Assembly: GCA_963745155.1 (NCBI GenBank)
Contig: CAVUWO010000003.1
Location: forward strand, 114,366 to 178,365
Source: an uncultured Pseudomonadota bacterium
GTDB lineage: Bacteria > Pseudomonadota > Alphaproteobacteria > Rhizobiales > Xanthobacteraceae
Reading direction: 5' to 3'
Length of the DNA: 64,000 nt
The stretch's first letter is position 1. Each line of letters begins with the position of its first letter. This document shows, piece after piece, positions 30,801 to 42,209 of this stretch. The notes beneath the pieces are model-generated. The model was not told the origin of the DNA, did no database searches, and was given only the letters and a program-made list of their open reading frames with translations. Position numbers and translations under genes: made by a program.

Positions 30801-33101
30801 CCGTGGATCTCAAGTCAGCACCGTCGCTCATTCGGCCCAACACGACGCTGCAGCTGCCGGTCAAGGTCGGCGGTCTTAAGCCCGGCGAGGAGGCGCGCCT
30901 CGTCGTCGCCGCCGTCGACGTCGGTATCCTCAATCTGACCAACTACAAGCCGCCGTCGCCGGACGATTATTATCTCGGCCAGCGCACGCTTTCAGCCGAC
31001 ATCCGCGACCTTTATGGCGATCTGATCGACGGCATGCAGGGCGCGCGCGGCGCGATCCGTTCCGGCGGCGACCAGGGTGCCGAGCTGCAGGCGTCTCCGC
31101 CGACCGGGCCGCCTCTGGCATTCTATTCCGGCATCGTCACCGTCGGCGCCGACGGTGCGGCCGAGATCGCCTTCGATATCCCCGACTTCGCCGGCACGCT
31201 GCGCGTCATGGCGGTGGCGTGGAGCAAGGACAAGGTCGGCCACGCCAGCGCCGACGTGACCGTGCGCGATCCGGTGGTGCTCAGCGCCACGCTGCCGCGG
31301 TTCCTGCTGCCCGGCGACCGTTCCAGCCTCCATCTCGATCTCGACAATGTCGAAGGCGAGGGCGGCGATTACGCGCTCGCGATCACGTCGACCGGCGCGC
31401 TCGCCGGCGCGGCGACGCAGAAGCTGACGCTGCGCGCCAAGGAGCGCGGCGCGCTCTCCATCCCGATCGCGGCGAACGCGGCCGGGAACGGCACCGTGCG
31501 CGTCGCCGTCACCGGGCCGGCGGGCTTTGCGCTCGACCGCAGCTTCGCGCTGACGGTGCGGCCGCCGGGGCAAATCCTGGCGCGGCGCACGGTCAAATCG
31601 ATCGCCAAAGGCGAGAGCCTGACAGTCTCTTCCGATCTGTTCGCCGATCTCGTGCCCGGCACCGGCGCGGTGTCGGTTTCGGTCGGCGTCGCGGCGGCGT
31701 TCGACGCCGCGAGTCTCCTCGCCGCGCTGGACCGTTACCCCTATCGCTGCTCCGAGCAGGTGACGAGCCGCGCGCTGCCGCTGCTCTATCTCTCCGACCT
31801 CGCGGGTGGCGCCCGTGTCGCGCTCGATCCGCAGACGGATCAGCGCATTCGCGACAGCGTCGAAGCACTGCTGACGCGGCAGGACAGCAACGGCTCGTTC
31901 GGGCTGTGGAGCGTCGGCGGCAACGATGTCTGGCTCGACTCCTATGTCACCGATTTTCTGAGCCGCGCCCGCGAGCGCAAATACCCGGTGCCGGACGAAG
32001 CGTTCAAGCTCGCGCTCAACCGGCTGCGCAACGCGGTCGCGGCGACGACCGACGCCGGCAAGAACGGTGGCGACGACATCGCCTATGCGCTCTATGTGCT
32101 CGCCCGCAACGGCGCGGCGCCGATCGGCGATCTGCGCTACCTCGCCGACGCCAAGCTCGATGCGCTCTCGACCCCGATCGCCAAGGCGCAGATCGCCGCG
32201 GCGCTCGCGATGGTCGGCGACCGCGTCCGGGCCGAGCGCGTCTACGCCGCCGCGCTTGCTTCGATCGCGCCGCAGCCGCAGCCCGATATGTTCGGCCGCG
32301 AGGATTACGGCTCGACCTTGCGCGACGCTGCCGCCCTGGTCGCGCTCGCCGTCGAAGGCGACGCGCCGCGCGCGACGGTGCAGGCGGCGGTGCAGCGGGT
32401 CGGCGCCGCTTACGCCGCGTCGCGTTATCTGTCGACGCAGGAGGAGGCGTGGCTTCTGCTCGCCGCGCGGGCGCTCGCCAAGGACGGCGGCGGTCTCGCC
32501 CTCGACGTCAACGGCGAAACGCGGCAGCGCCCGTTGTCCCGCACCATCCGCGCCACCGATCTGACGGCGCCGCTGCGCGTCACCAACAATGGCGATGCCG
32601 CGGTCGACGGCGTCGTCACCGTGACCGGCGCGCCGCTCACGCCGGAGCCCGCGGCCGAGAAGGGATTTCAAGATCGAGCGCGAGACCTTCACGCTCGCCG
32701 GCGATCCGGTCGATGCAAAGTCTGTGAAGCAGAACACGCGGCTCGCGGTGGTCTTGAAAATCACCGAGGCGCAGCCGCAGTTCGGCCGCGTCATTGTCGC
32801 CGATTATCTCCCGGCGGGATTCGAGATCGACAATCCGCACATCGTCTCGTCCGGCGATACCGGCACGCTGTCGTGGATCGCCGACGCGGTCGAGCCGGTG
32901 TCGTCCGAGTTCCGCGACGACCGCTTCACCGCGGCGTTCGAGCGCAAGAAGGGCGACCCGGCGGTATTCACCGTCGCCTACGTCGTGCGCGCGGTCGCGC
33001 CCGGTACATACGTGCGGCCGCAGGCGAGCGTCGAGGACATGTACCGCCCCGACCGCTTCGGCCGCACCGCGACGGAGAGCGTGGAAGTCACGGCGAAATG
33101 A
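27865..33101 (+). pseudogene. bacterial alpha-2-macroglobulin family protein (YfhM/ECAM-like), two frameshifts
   Basis: RBS ggaggag, then ATG 27865 and the signal peptide MLWIIRAGVAAALLAFAPLAFAPSTANA. About 1740 aa, with the thioester motif CSEQ at 31748-31759. The frame changes near 28237 and at ttt 32666-32668. The C-terminal piece is ORF 32724-33101. Confidence 0.85.
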
Positions 33102-35349
33102 CGGACCCTCGTCATTGCGAGGAGCGAAGCGACGAAGCAATCCAGGGGCCGTGCCGCTTCACTGGATTGCTTCGCTTCGCTCGCAATGACGACGCGAAAG
33201 CGCGAATAGCCATTTTTATTGCCGGCGTGGTCTTCCTTTCAGCGATCAGTGCCGCCGCTTATTGGATCACCTCCCTCGGCCCGCCGCCGCTCGGCAAGGA
33301 GCTGCAATTCTCCACCCGTGTGCTCGATCGCGACGGCCGGCTGCTGCGCGCCTATGCCACGGCCGAGGGTCGCTGGCGGTTGCCGGCGCGGATCGCCGAC
33401 GTCGATCCGCGGCTGTTCGACGTGTTGTTTGCCTATGAGGACAAGCGCTTCCGCGCCCATCACGGCGTCGATCCGCTGGCGCTCGCGCGGGCGGCGTTGC
33501 AGCTCGCGACCAGCGGCCGGATCCGCTCCGGCGGCTCGACCTTGACCATGCAGGTGGCGCGGCTCCTCGAGCCGCGCAGCGGTCGCAGTTTTGCTGCCAA
33601 GCTGCGCCAGGTCGTCCGTGCCATCGAGATCGAGCGCGCCTTGACCAAGGACGAGGTGCTCGCGCTTTATCTCGACCTCGCGCCTTACGGCGGCAACATC
33701 GAGGGCGTTCGCGCTGCGTCGCTCGCTTATTTCGGCAAGGAGCCGCGGCATCTCTCGCTCGGCGAAGCGGCACTGCTGGTCGCTTTGCCGCAATCGCCGG
33801 AAGCGCACCGGCCGGATCGTTTCGCCAGCGGCGGCGCGTCTCGCGCGCGACCGCGTGCTCGACCGCTTTGCCGCGACTGGGCGTGTGCCCGCCGACGAGA
33901 TTGCTTTGGCCAAGGCCGAGCCGGTACCGGCGGCGCGGCGCGCGATGCCGATGCTGGCGCCGCACGCTGCCGATCGCGTCGTCGCGCAAACCGCGCCTGG
34001 GAGCGAGGTGAAGCTCACCATCGATGCCGAGCTGCAAAAAAATCTGGAGGTGTTGGCGCGCGAGCGCGCCCGCACGCTCGCCGCGTCGCTCGGGCCCGAC
34101 GTTTCGCTCGCCATCGTCGCCGTCGACAACGCGACCGGCGAAGTGTTGGCGCGCGTCGGCTCGCCCGATTATTTCGATCAGCACCGCGCCGGCGAGGTGG
34201 ATCTCACGCGAGCGTTGCGCTCGCCCGGCTCGACGCTCAAGCCTTTCATCTACGGCCTCGGCTTCGAGGACGGCTTCATCCATCCCGAGACGCTGATCGA
34301 AGACCGGCCGGTGCGCTACGGCGCCTATGCGCCGCAGAATTTCGATTTCACGTTCCAGGGCACCGTCAGCGTGCGCCGGGCGCTGCAAATGTCGCTCAAC
34401 GTGCCGGCGCTCGCCGTGCTCGATCAGGTCGGAGCGAGCCGCCTGGCGGCGCGGCTGACGCAAGCCGGCGCCGCTTTGGCGTTGCCGCCGGGCGAAGCGC
34501 CCGGACTCGCCATCGGCCTCGGCGGCGTCGGCATCAGATTGTCCGATCTGGTGATGCTCTATGCCGGCATCGCGCGGCTCGGCACCGTGCTGCCGCTCGA
34601 CGAGCAGGCTACGCGCGGCGCGCTGTCGCGAGCGGGACGGCGAGGGCCGGCGGCTGATGGATCCGGTCGCGGCCTGGTATGTCGGCAATATCCTGATCGG
34701 CACGCCGCCGCCGGAAAACGGCGTGCCCGGCCGCATCGCCTTCAAGACCGGCACCAGCTACGGCTACCGCGACGCCTGGTCGATCGGGTTCGACGGCAAG
34801 CACACCATCGGTATCTGGGTCGGCCGGCCCGACGGCGCGCCGGTGCCCGGCCTGATCGGACGCGCGGCCGCGGCGCCGATCCTGTTCGATGCGTTCGCGC
34901 GTTTGCCGGCGGCCTCCGCGCCGCTGCCGCGGCCCCCGCAGGGCGTCGTCATGGCGACCAACGCCAGGCTGCCGCCGCCGCTCCAGCGTTTCGCGCCCGG
35001 CCGCCTCGCCGGCGACGGGGCGCAGGCGAGATTGCATATCCTGTTTCCGCCGGACGGCGCGCGGCTGGAGCTCGCCATGAGCGACGGCAAGCCCGATCCG
35101 GTGCCGCTCAAGGTCACCGGCGCGGTCGCCCCGCTCACCGTGCTCGTCAACGGCATGCCGGCGTCGCCGCCGGTGCGCGACAATCCGTTCTTCCGCCCCG
35201 ACGGCCCGGGGTTTGCGCGGGTGACGGTGATCGACGCCGCCGGTGCCGCCGATAGCGTGATGGTGCGGCTTGACGGCGGCGCGCCGGTGATGTCTTCCAT
35301 GCCGGTCGCCCAACCGGTGTGTCCGATCAACCCATGCATTCATCAATGA
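33098..35349 (+). pseudogene. pbpC: penicillin-binding protein 1C (PbpC), two frameshifts; start uncertain
   Basis: Glycosyltransferase motifs EDKRFRAHHGVD and RSGGSTLTMQ. Transpeptidase motifs SPGSTLKPF and KTGTSYGYRD. The frame changes near 33825 and 34625. ATG 33098 overlaps the A2M stop. GTG 33227 is an alternative start. Confidence 0.85.
33107..33192. repeat. REP/MITE-like nested palindromic element, copy 3
   Basis: The sequence cctcgtcattgcgaggagcgaagcgacgaagcaatccagg...ctggattgcttcgcttcgctcgcaatgacga lies between the A2M stop and the pbpC membrane anchor and is open in the pbpC frame. Confidence 0.85.
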
Positions 35350-36153
35350 ATTTCAAGCTGGCGCCGGTGCGGCGCGTCGCCACCAATCTCGTGCGCTGGT
35401 GCGGAGCGCTGACGCGCGCGCCGCGGGCGCGATTGCCGCGGCCAAGTACCGGTGTCGTTGCCGTGGTCGTCGTCGGCATCGCTGCCATCGTCGCCTCGAT
35501 GTTCTTGTTCGATACGACGGCGACTGATTGGGCGCGGCATCTGCCCAAAGCGTTCAAGGACGTTTTCGAGGAGATCACGAATTACGGCCGCTCCGGCTGG
35601 TTTCTCTATCCGCTCGGATTCTTGATCCTCGCTCTTGCGATCCTGAGCTCTCCGGCGTTGCCGCGTTTCATCAGAGGCGTGCTGGCGGCGCTGGTCGCGC
35701 GGCTGGGCTTTTTGTTCATCGCGATCGGCCTGCCGAGCCTGTTCGTCACCATCGTCAAGCGCATGATCGGACGGGCGCGGCCCTATGTCGGCGGTCATGA
35801 CGATCCGTTCGCCTATCGGCCGTTCGTGTGGCGTCCGGAATATGCGAGCCTGCCGTCCGGGCATTCGACGTCGGTCGCGGCGGCGGCAATCGCCATCGGC
35901 GTGCTTTGGCCGCGCATGCGCGGCGTGATGGTGGCTTTACGCGCTGACCATCATGTTCAGCCGCATCGTCGTCATGGCCCATCACCCGAGCGACGTCTTG
36001 GCCGGCGCGCTGGTCGGCAGCGTCGGCGCGCTGATGGTGCGCCGCTATTTTGCCGCGCGGGGGTTCGTGTTCGATGCTGATTTGAAGGCGCGGCCGTGGC
36101 CGTCATGGCGGCGGCTCGAGGCTGCCGTCGGCCGGGCTGTGGCTGGATTGTGA
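35346..36153 (+). pseudogene. PAP2-family phosphatase (membrane), frameshifted
   Basis: Motifs KRMIGRARP, PSGHS and SRIVVMAHHPSD. The frame changes near 35930. The ATG overlaps the pbpC stop (ATGA). Confidence 0.8.
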
Positions 36154-36328
36154 GGCTCAGGCTGCTCGGTCTGCCGCGTTGGCATGGCGAGCCAGCCGAC
36201 GTCGCCCTGCGCACGGGGAGCGTCACGTTGTGGACGCAGTCTGTGATACTGTGGAGCCGCGTTCATCGGCCTCGCGGCCGATACTGGCAATTCGCCTCAA
36301 CGATGTCTCTAGGGTGAGCCCAGGAGCC

Positions 36329-36553
36329 ATGAGATTTGCCATCGCACAATTCATTTTCGCACTATTCGCCGTCGCCCTCCTGGTCGTGACCGCTAATGCG
36401 CAGGCCCCGGGCGGCGGTGGCGGCGGCCGCAAGCATGGACAGAAATCGGAAAAGCCCGCGACGCAAACACCAAAGGCAGACGACAAAGCGTACAAAAACG
36501 CGCTCAAGAGCTTGCCGGACAAACCATACGATCCCTGGCACAACACGCGGTGA
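36329..36553 (+). CDS. small secreted hypothetical protein
   Basis: RBS aggag, then ATG 36329. Signal peptide MRFAIAQFIFALFAVALLVVTANA, then a Gly/Lys-rich mature peptide of about 50 aa. Confidence 0.55.
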   Translation: MRFAIAQFIFALFAVALLVVTANAQAPGGGGGGRKHGQKSEKPATQTPKADDKAYKNALKSLPDKPYDPWHNTR

Positions 36554-36747
36554 GTGCGGCTGAGCGCCAATTGATCGTCGACCAGGAATGGAGCCGGCAG
36601 CGATTTGTTTGGTGGACCGGGCGCGCCGCCGGGGCGTAAATCAGAGCTTTGGCATCCGCCGACGAGGCTGTATGCTTGGCCCGTCGTTCGTCAAACGACA
36701 AAATTTCCGACATCAGTCCTTTGCAGTTCCGATCCAGGGAGAAGATT

Positions 36748-37125
36748 ATGATCCGTCGTGCAACCCTCGTGCTGAGCCTCGCGGCCGTCACTTATGTCGC
36801 TCCGTCCATCGCGTTCGCGCAGGAGGCGCCGCCATACTATGTGGCCGATCCGGGCGTCTACAAGGTCATCTTCGAGGACCCGATGTTCCGCGTGATCGAA
36901 GCCACCTGGCGACCGGGTCAAATCGACAAACCCCACTCGCATCTCATTCCTGCGGTGGTCTATTCGCTCGACAATTGCCGCCTCAAATTGACATCCGCCG
37001 ACGGAACGACACGCATCGTCAACAACAAGGCGGGTCACGCCATGTCTGTTCCGTTTACGGCCTCTCATACGGCCCAGAATATCGGCCGCTCGGCTTGTCG
37101 CGTGTTGTTTTTTGAGCGCAAATAG
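36748..37125 (+). CDS. secreted cupin-like hypothetical protein
   Basis: Signal peptide MIRRATLVLSLAAVTYVAPSIAFA. The segment PGQIDKPHSHLIPAVVYSL...HTAQNIG resembles a cupin. Confidence 0.55.
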   Translation: MIRRATLVLSLAAVTYVAPSIAFAQEAPPYYVADPGVYKVIFEDPMFRVIEATWRPGQIDKPHSHLIPAVVYSLDNCRLKLTSADGTTRIVNNKAGHAMSVPFTASHTAQNIGRSACRVLFFERK

Positions 37126-37188
37126 CCGTCGTTGACGGCCCATAGCATTCCATATTTTCGGCTCGGAATGTCCAGCTCGCCTGATTAA

Positions 37189-37224
37189 AGGAAGTTGACG
37201 AGGAAGTTGACGAGGAAGCTGACG
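37189..37224. repeat. 3 tandem copies of a 12-bp unit (aggaagttgacg x2, aggaagctgacg)
   Basis: Read directly from the sequence. It lies immediately 3' of the metC stop, between convergent genes. Confidence 0.7.
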
Positions 37225-37229
37225 ACATC

Positions 37230-38424
37230 CTAGCCCGCCGCGGCCATCGCGGCAAAACCGCGTTCGAGGTCGGCGAGGAGGTCGTCGACGGCTTCGAGGC
37301 CGATATGGAAGCGCACGGTCGGGCCGCCCGGCGCCCACTGCGTCGCGGTGCGCACCGGCGTGCAGTCGAACGGGATGGCGAGGCTTTCGAAGCCGCCCCA
37401 GGACGGGCCGATGCCGAACAATTGCAGTTCGTCGAGAAACGCGTTCACCGCCTGCTGCGGTATCGGCTTGAACACGACGCTGAACAGCCCCGACGCGCCG
37501 GAGAAATCCCGCTTCCAGAGCGCATAGCCGGGATGGCTCGGCATGGCCGGGATGGATGAGGCGCGCGATCTCCGGGCGCTGTTCCAGCCAGCGTGCCACG
37601 GCGAGCCCGGAATGGTAATGGCGTTCGAGCCGCACCGCGAGCGTGCGCAGGCCGCGCAGCCCGAGATAAACGTCGTCGGGACCGACGCACAGTCCGTTGT
37701 TGCCGACGAAGTTCTTCAATTGCGCGTACGCCGCGCCGTTGGCGGAGACGGTGCCGAGCATGACGTCGGAATGGCCGCCGATATATTTGGTGCCGGCCTG
37801 GATCGACAGGTCGACGCCGTGATCGAGCGCGCGGTAATAGATCGGGGTCGCCCAGGTGTTGTCCATCAGGACCAGCGCGCCCTTGTCGTGGGCCGCCGCG
37901 GCGATGGCGGAAACGTCCTGCATCTCGAACGACAGCGAGCCCGGCGATTCGAGATAGACGGCGCGCGTGTTCGGTTGCATCAAGTCCGCGATCGCGCCGC
38001 CGATCAGCGGATCGTAATAGCTCACGGTGATGCCGTAGCGGGTCAGGGTCTCATTGCAGAACTTTCGGGTCGGGCCGTAGGCGCTGTCGGTGACGAGCAG
38101 ATGGTCGCCCGCGCGCATCACCGACAGCAGCGCCGCCGAGATCGCCGCCAGACCGGACGGCAACAGCGCGACGCCGGCGCATTGCGGTCCTTCGAGCGCG
38201 AGCACGGCCGCCTCCAGCGCTTCGGTCGTCGGCGTGCCGCGCCGCCCGTACTGATAGCGCGAGCGGTGGGCGAGATAATCCTCGGCGTTGGGATAAAGCA
38301 CGGTCGAGGCGTGATAGACCGGCGGATTGACGAAGCCATGATAGGCGCCGGGCTCGCGCCCGGCCGTGACCACGCGGGTGTCCTGGTGGCGCGCCGCGGC
38401 GTGGTGGTCCTTCTTGCTGTCCAT
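37230..38424 (-). pseudogene. metC: cystathionine beta-lyase (MetC), frameshifted
   Basis: PLP-Lys motif AGTKYIGGHSD. The C-terminal piece is ORF 37230-37544 (MPSHPGYALWKRDFSGASGLFS). The frame changes at ggg 37549-37551. Confidence 0.85.
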
Positions 38425-38766
38425 TCCGTGGCCTCTTGATTCCAGGATCGCCTGATTCCCGGGACTTTTGCCGCTGTCGCTGCCGGGGGTCTTCGCTCGC
38501 CGCGCCGGGCGCGACGTGATAGGGTGCCGAACGTGCCATTACCCCGGCATCACCCGCTTTCGTCAACCCCTTGACCTTGCTTTGCAACCGTCCTCAGATG
38601 CGGCGCGCCGGAGCGCATTCCGTTTCGGTCGAACCGGAATGCGGTCTAGTTCTGCTTTGTCGCATTTTCTTTCGGAAAAACCGGTGGCCACTTTTCCGGA
38701 AAATGCTCTAGTGCGCACGCCGAAGCGTGGGGCTTTGGCACGCGGTCCATCCCGAAAGGCCTGATC

Positions 38767-39783
38767 ATGAAACGTCTTGCTACGGCTTTTTGCTGTGCGC
38801 TGGTAACGACGCTGGCGATGTCGGCCGCCCATGCGCAAACCCTCGGCGCGGTCAAGGACCGCGGCGAACTCGTCTGCGGCGCCAACGGCACGCTGGCCGG
38901 CTTCGGCTTGCCCGATCCGCAGGGCAATTGGACCGGCTTCGACGTCGATTTCTGCCGCGCCATCGCCGCGGCGATCTTCAACGATGCCGGCAAGGTCAAA
39001 TTCGTGCCGCTGACGGCCAAGGATCGGTTCACCGCGCTGCAATCGGGCGAAATCGACGTGTTGTCGCGCAATACGTCGTGGACGCTGTCGCGCGACACCT
39101 CGCTCGGGCTGGATTTCGCGGCCATCACGTTCTTCGACGGCCAGGGTTTTATGGTGCGCAAGTCGCTCAAGGTCTCCTCGGCGCTGGAGCTCAACGACGC
39201 CGCGGTCTGCGTGCAGCAGGGCACCACCTCGGAGCTCAACCTCGCCGATTATTTCCGCACCAACCACATGGCTCTCAAAACGGTGACGTTCGCGACCGGC
39301 GAGGAAGCGGTCAAGGCGTATGAATCCGGCCGCTGCGACGCCTACACCACCGACTCCTCGGGCCTTTACGGCGAACGGCTCAAGCTGGCGCAGCCGACCG
39401 AGCACATCGTGCTGCCGGAGATCATTTCCAAGGAGCCGCTCAGCCCGGTGGTGCGCCACGGCGACAATCAATGGGCCGACCTCGTGCGCTGGACGCATTT
39501 CATCATGGTCGACGCCGAAGAGCTCGGCGTATCCAAGGCCAATGTCGACGAGCAGCTCAAATCCGACAACCCGGAGATCCGGCGCCTGCTCGGCGTCGAG
39601 GGCCAATACGGCGAGGCGCTCGGGCTGACCAACGATTGGGCCTATCGCATCGTCAAGCTCGTCGGCAATTACGGCGAGGTGTTCGAGCGCAATGTCGGGC
39701 AGGGCTCGCCGTTGAAGATCGTGCGCGGTCTCAACGCGCTGTGGACCAAGGGCGGTCTGCAATACGCGCCCCCGGTCCGCTGA
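38767..39783 (+). CDS. aapJ: general L-amino acid ABC transporter substrate-binding protein
   Basis: 338-aa protein with a signal peptide. The segments GANGTLAGFG..D..G.W.GFDVDFCRAIAAAIF are typical of AapJ. It is followed by aapQMP. Confidence 0.85.
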   Translation: MKRLATAFCCALVTTLAMSAAHAQTLGAVKDRGELVCGANGTLAGFGLPDPQGNWTGFDVDFCRAIAAAIFNDAGKVKFVPLTAKDRFTALQSGEIDVLSRNTSWTLSRDTSLGLDFAAITFFDGQGFMVRKSLKVSSALELNDAAVCVQQGTTSELNLADYFRTNHMALKTVTFATGEEAVKAYESGRCDAYTTDSSGLYGERLKLAQPTEHIVLPEIISKEPLSPVVRHGDNQWADLVRWTHFIMVDAEELGVSKANVDEQLKSDNPEIRRLLGVEGQYGEALGLTNDWAYRIVKLVGNYGEVFERNVGQGSPLKIVRGLNALWTKGGLQYAPPVR

Positions 39784-39825
39784 GCCCTTCTTCATTGCGC
39801 CCGTCATTGTCGCCGCGGCCGGCTC

Positions 39826-41043
39826 ATGACGGATGAAGCGCAGGGGCTCGAGGCGCCAGGGCTCGAGGCGCCGGCCGCGCCGCGACGACGGCAGCGGCGC
39901 CGCCCCGTTGGTCGCGGCGGCCTCGCCATTCAAATCGCGCTCCTCGTCGTCATCGCCGTCGTCGGCTACGGCGCGGCCTTGAATGCGGCGCAAAATCTCG
40001 CCCGCGCCAACGTCGCCTCCGGCTTCGGCTTCTGGAACAACACCGCCGGCTTCGATATCAGCCAGACGCTGATCTATTATTCCGCCTCGACCTCGAGCTT
40101 CGGCCGCGCCTTCTGGGTCGGGCTTCTCAATACGCTCCTGGTCGCCGCGATCAGCATCGTGCTCGCGACCGTGCTCGGGTTTGCGATCGGCATCGCGCGG
40201 CTGTCGCGCAATTATTTGCTCGCGCGGCTTGCCGGCGTCTATGTCGAGCTTGTTCGCAACGTCCCGCTCCTGCTGCAATTGCTGTTCTGGTACAATGCAG
40301 TATTGAAATCGCTGCCCGAGCTGCGCGAGAGTTTGCGGCTGCCGGGGGGCAGCCTGCTCAACAGCCGCGGCCTGTTCCTGCCGCAGCCGCAATTCGCTCC
40401 CGGCTTCCTCGCCGTCATCATCGCGCTGGCGGCCGGCATCGTTGCCGCGCTCGCGTGGCGCGTATTCGTACGCCGCCGGCGAGAGCAATCGGGTGTCGAG
40501 CTGCCGGTATTCTGGCCGGCGCTGGGTCTTCTGTGCGGTTTGCCGCTCGCCGCCTTCGTGCTGGCGGGATCGCCAGTGAGCTTCAGTTTCCCGGTCATGG
40601 GCCGCTTCAACGTCCGCGGCGGCCTCGAAATTCTCCCCGAATTCGCCGCGCTCACCGCCGCGCTGTCGCTCTATACCGCGGCCTTCATCGCCGAAGTGGT
40701 GCGCGCCGGCGTCCTGTCGGTGTCGGCCGGCCAGAGCGAAGCGGCCCATGCGCTCGGCCTGCGGTCGGCGGCAACGCTGCGCCTCATCGTCATTCCGCAG
40801 GCGATGCGCGTGATCGTGCCGCCTCTGACCAGCCAGTATCTCAATCTGATCAAAAACTCGACGCTTGCCGTCGCCATCGGCTATCCCGACCTGTTCCAGG
40901 TGTTCACCGGCACGGTGCTCAACATTACCGGACAGGCCGTCGAGGTGGTCGCGATCACCATGGCGGTCTATTTGTCGATCAGCCTGGTCACGTCGTTCCT
41001 GATGAATCTTTATGCCCGCTCGACCGCGGTGGTGGAGCGCTGA
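39826..41043 (+). CDS. aapQ: general L-amino acid ABC transporter permease
   Basis: 405-aa polytopic permease. The segment GFGFWNNTAGFDISQTLI is typical of AapQ. Confidence 0.85.
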   Translation: MTDEAQGLEAPGLEAPAAPRRRQRRRPVGRGGLAIQIALLVVIAVVGYGAALNAAQNLARANVASGFGFWNNTAGFDISQTLIYYSASTSSFGRAFWVGLLNTLLVAAISIVLATVLGFAIGIARLSRNYLLARLAGVYVELVRNVPLLLQLLFWYNAVLKSLPELRESLRLPGGSLLNSRGLFLPQPQFAPGFLAVIIALAAGIVAALAWRVFVRRRREQSGVELPVFWPALGLLCGLPLAAFVLAGSPVSFSFPVMGRFNVRGGLEILPEFAALTAALSLYTAAFIAEVVRAGVLSVSAGQSEAAHALGLRSAATLRLIVIPQAMRVIVPPLTSQYLNLIKNSTLAVAIGYPDLFQVFTGTVLNITGQAVEVVAITMAVYLSISLVTSFLMNLYARSTAVVER

Positions 41044-41048
41044 CCGCG

Positions 41049-42201
41049 ATGGCGACGCCGCAACAGGAGCGCTTCTATCTGCGCCGCGCGCCGGCCGAAC
41101 GGCTGCCGCCGCCGGCGGCGCGCGCGGGAGCTTTGGGCTGGCTGCGCGCAAATCTGTTCTCGACGCCGGCCAACGCGGTGCTGACCATCGCTTGCGTCGC
41201 ATTGATCGTTTGGGCGGTGCCGCCGGTGGTGCGGTTTTTCCTCACCGACGCGGTGTGGTCCGGGAGCGATCGGACCGCGTGCCTCGCCGTGCCGGCGCAG
41301 CCGGCGCCCGGCGCATGCTGGCCGTTCGTGCGGACGTGGCTGTCGTATTTCGTCTATGGCTTCTATCCGGTCGGCCAGCGCTGGCGGGTCGATCTGTTCT
41401 TTGCGGCGCTGGCCTTCGGCATCGTCTGGCTGCTGCGGCTGTCCGCGCCGCGCCGCGACATCGGTGCGCTGTACGTCTTCGTCGTGCTGCCGGTGCTGTC
41501 GTTCGTGCCTGCTGCACGGCGCGCCGTGGCTGGGGCTCGCGGTGGTGCCGACCGCGCTGTGGGGCGGCATTCTCGTGACCATCGTGGTCGCGACCGTCGG
41601 CATGGTGATCTCGCTGCCGCTCGGCATTCTGCTGGCGCTGGCGCGGCGCTCCGCCATGCCGGTGGTGCGGCTCGCGGCCGTGACCTTCATCGAATTCGTC
41701 CGCGGCGTGCCGCTGCTCACGGTTCTCTTCATGGCGAGCGTGATGCTGCCGCTGTTCGTGCCGGAGCGTCTGGCGCCGGACAAACTCCTTCGCGCGCTGA
41801 TCGGCGTCGCGCTGTTTGCGTCCGCCTATATGGCGGAGGTGGTCCGCGGCGGCCTTGCCGCCGTGCCGCGCGGCCAATACGAAGCGTCGCAGGCGCTGGG
41901 GCTGAGCCATTGGCGCATGCTGGCGCTCATCGTGCTGCCGCAGGCGCTACGGGTGACGCTGCCGAACATCGTCAACACCTTCATCGGCCTGTTCAAGGAC
42001 ACCACGCTCGTCTTCATCGTCGGCATTTTCGATTTTCTGCGCACCATCGAGGCGGCGCGCAACGATCCGAACTGGGCCGCACCGACCATCGGCGTCACCG
42101 GCTATGCCTTCGCGGCGCTGTTCTATTTCGTCTGCTGCTATGGCATGTCGCGTTACGCCAAGAGCGTCGAGACGCGGCTCGGCCGCGCCGGCCGGCGCTA
42201 G
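41049..42201 (+). pseudogene. aapM: general L-amino acid ABC transporter permease, frameshifted
   Basis: The N-terminal part (LGWLRANLFSTPANAVLT) is in one frame. The C-terminal part is ORF 41356-42201 (EAA-loop region ASQALGLSHWRMLALIVLPQAL). The frame changes at cc 41508-41509. Confidence 0.85.
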
Positions 42202-42209
42202 GAGATCTC

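Noticed and set aside
27865-35349. Alpha-2-macroglobulin + PBP1C gene pair as a novel system.
   Set aside because: The yfhM-pbpC pairing is an established, widely conserved periplasmic defence and repair module. Only the embedded repeat element and the frame changes are notable here.
39836-39870. 15-bp tandem duplication (ggggctcgaggcgcc / agggctcgaggcgcc) as a regulatory repeat.
   Set aside because: It lies inside the aapQ coding region and simply encodes a duplicated GLEAP peptide in the poorly conserved N-terminus.
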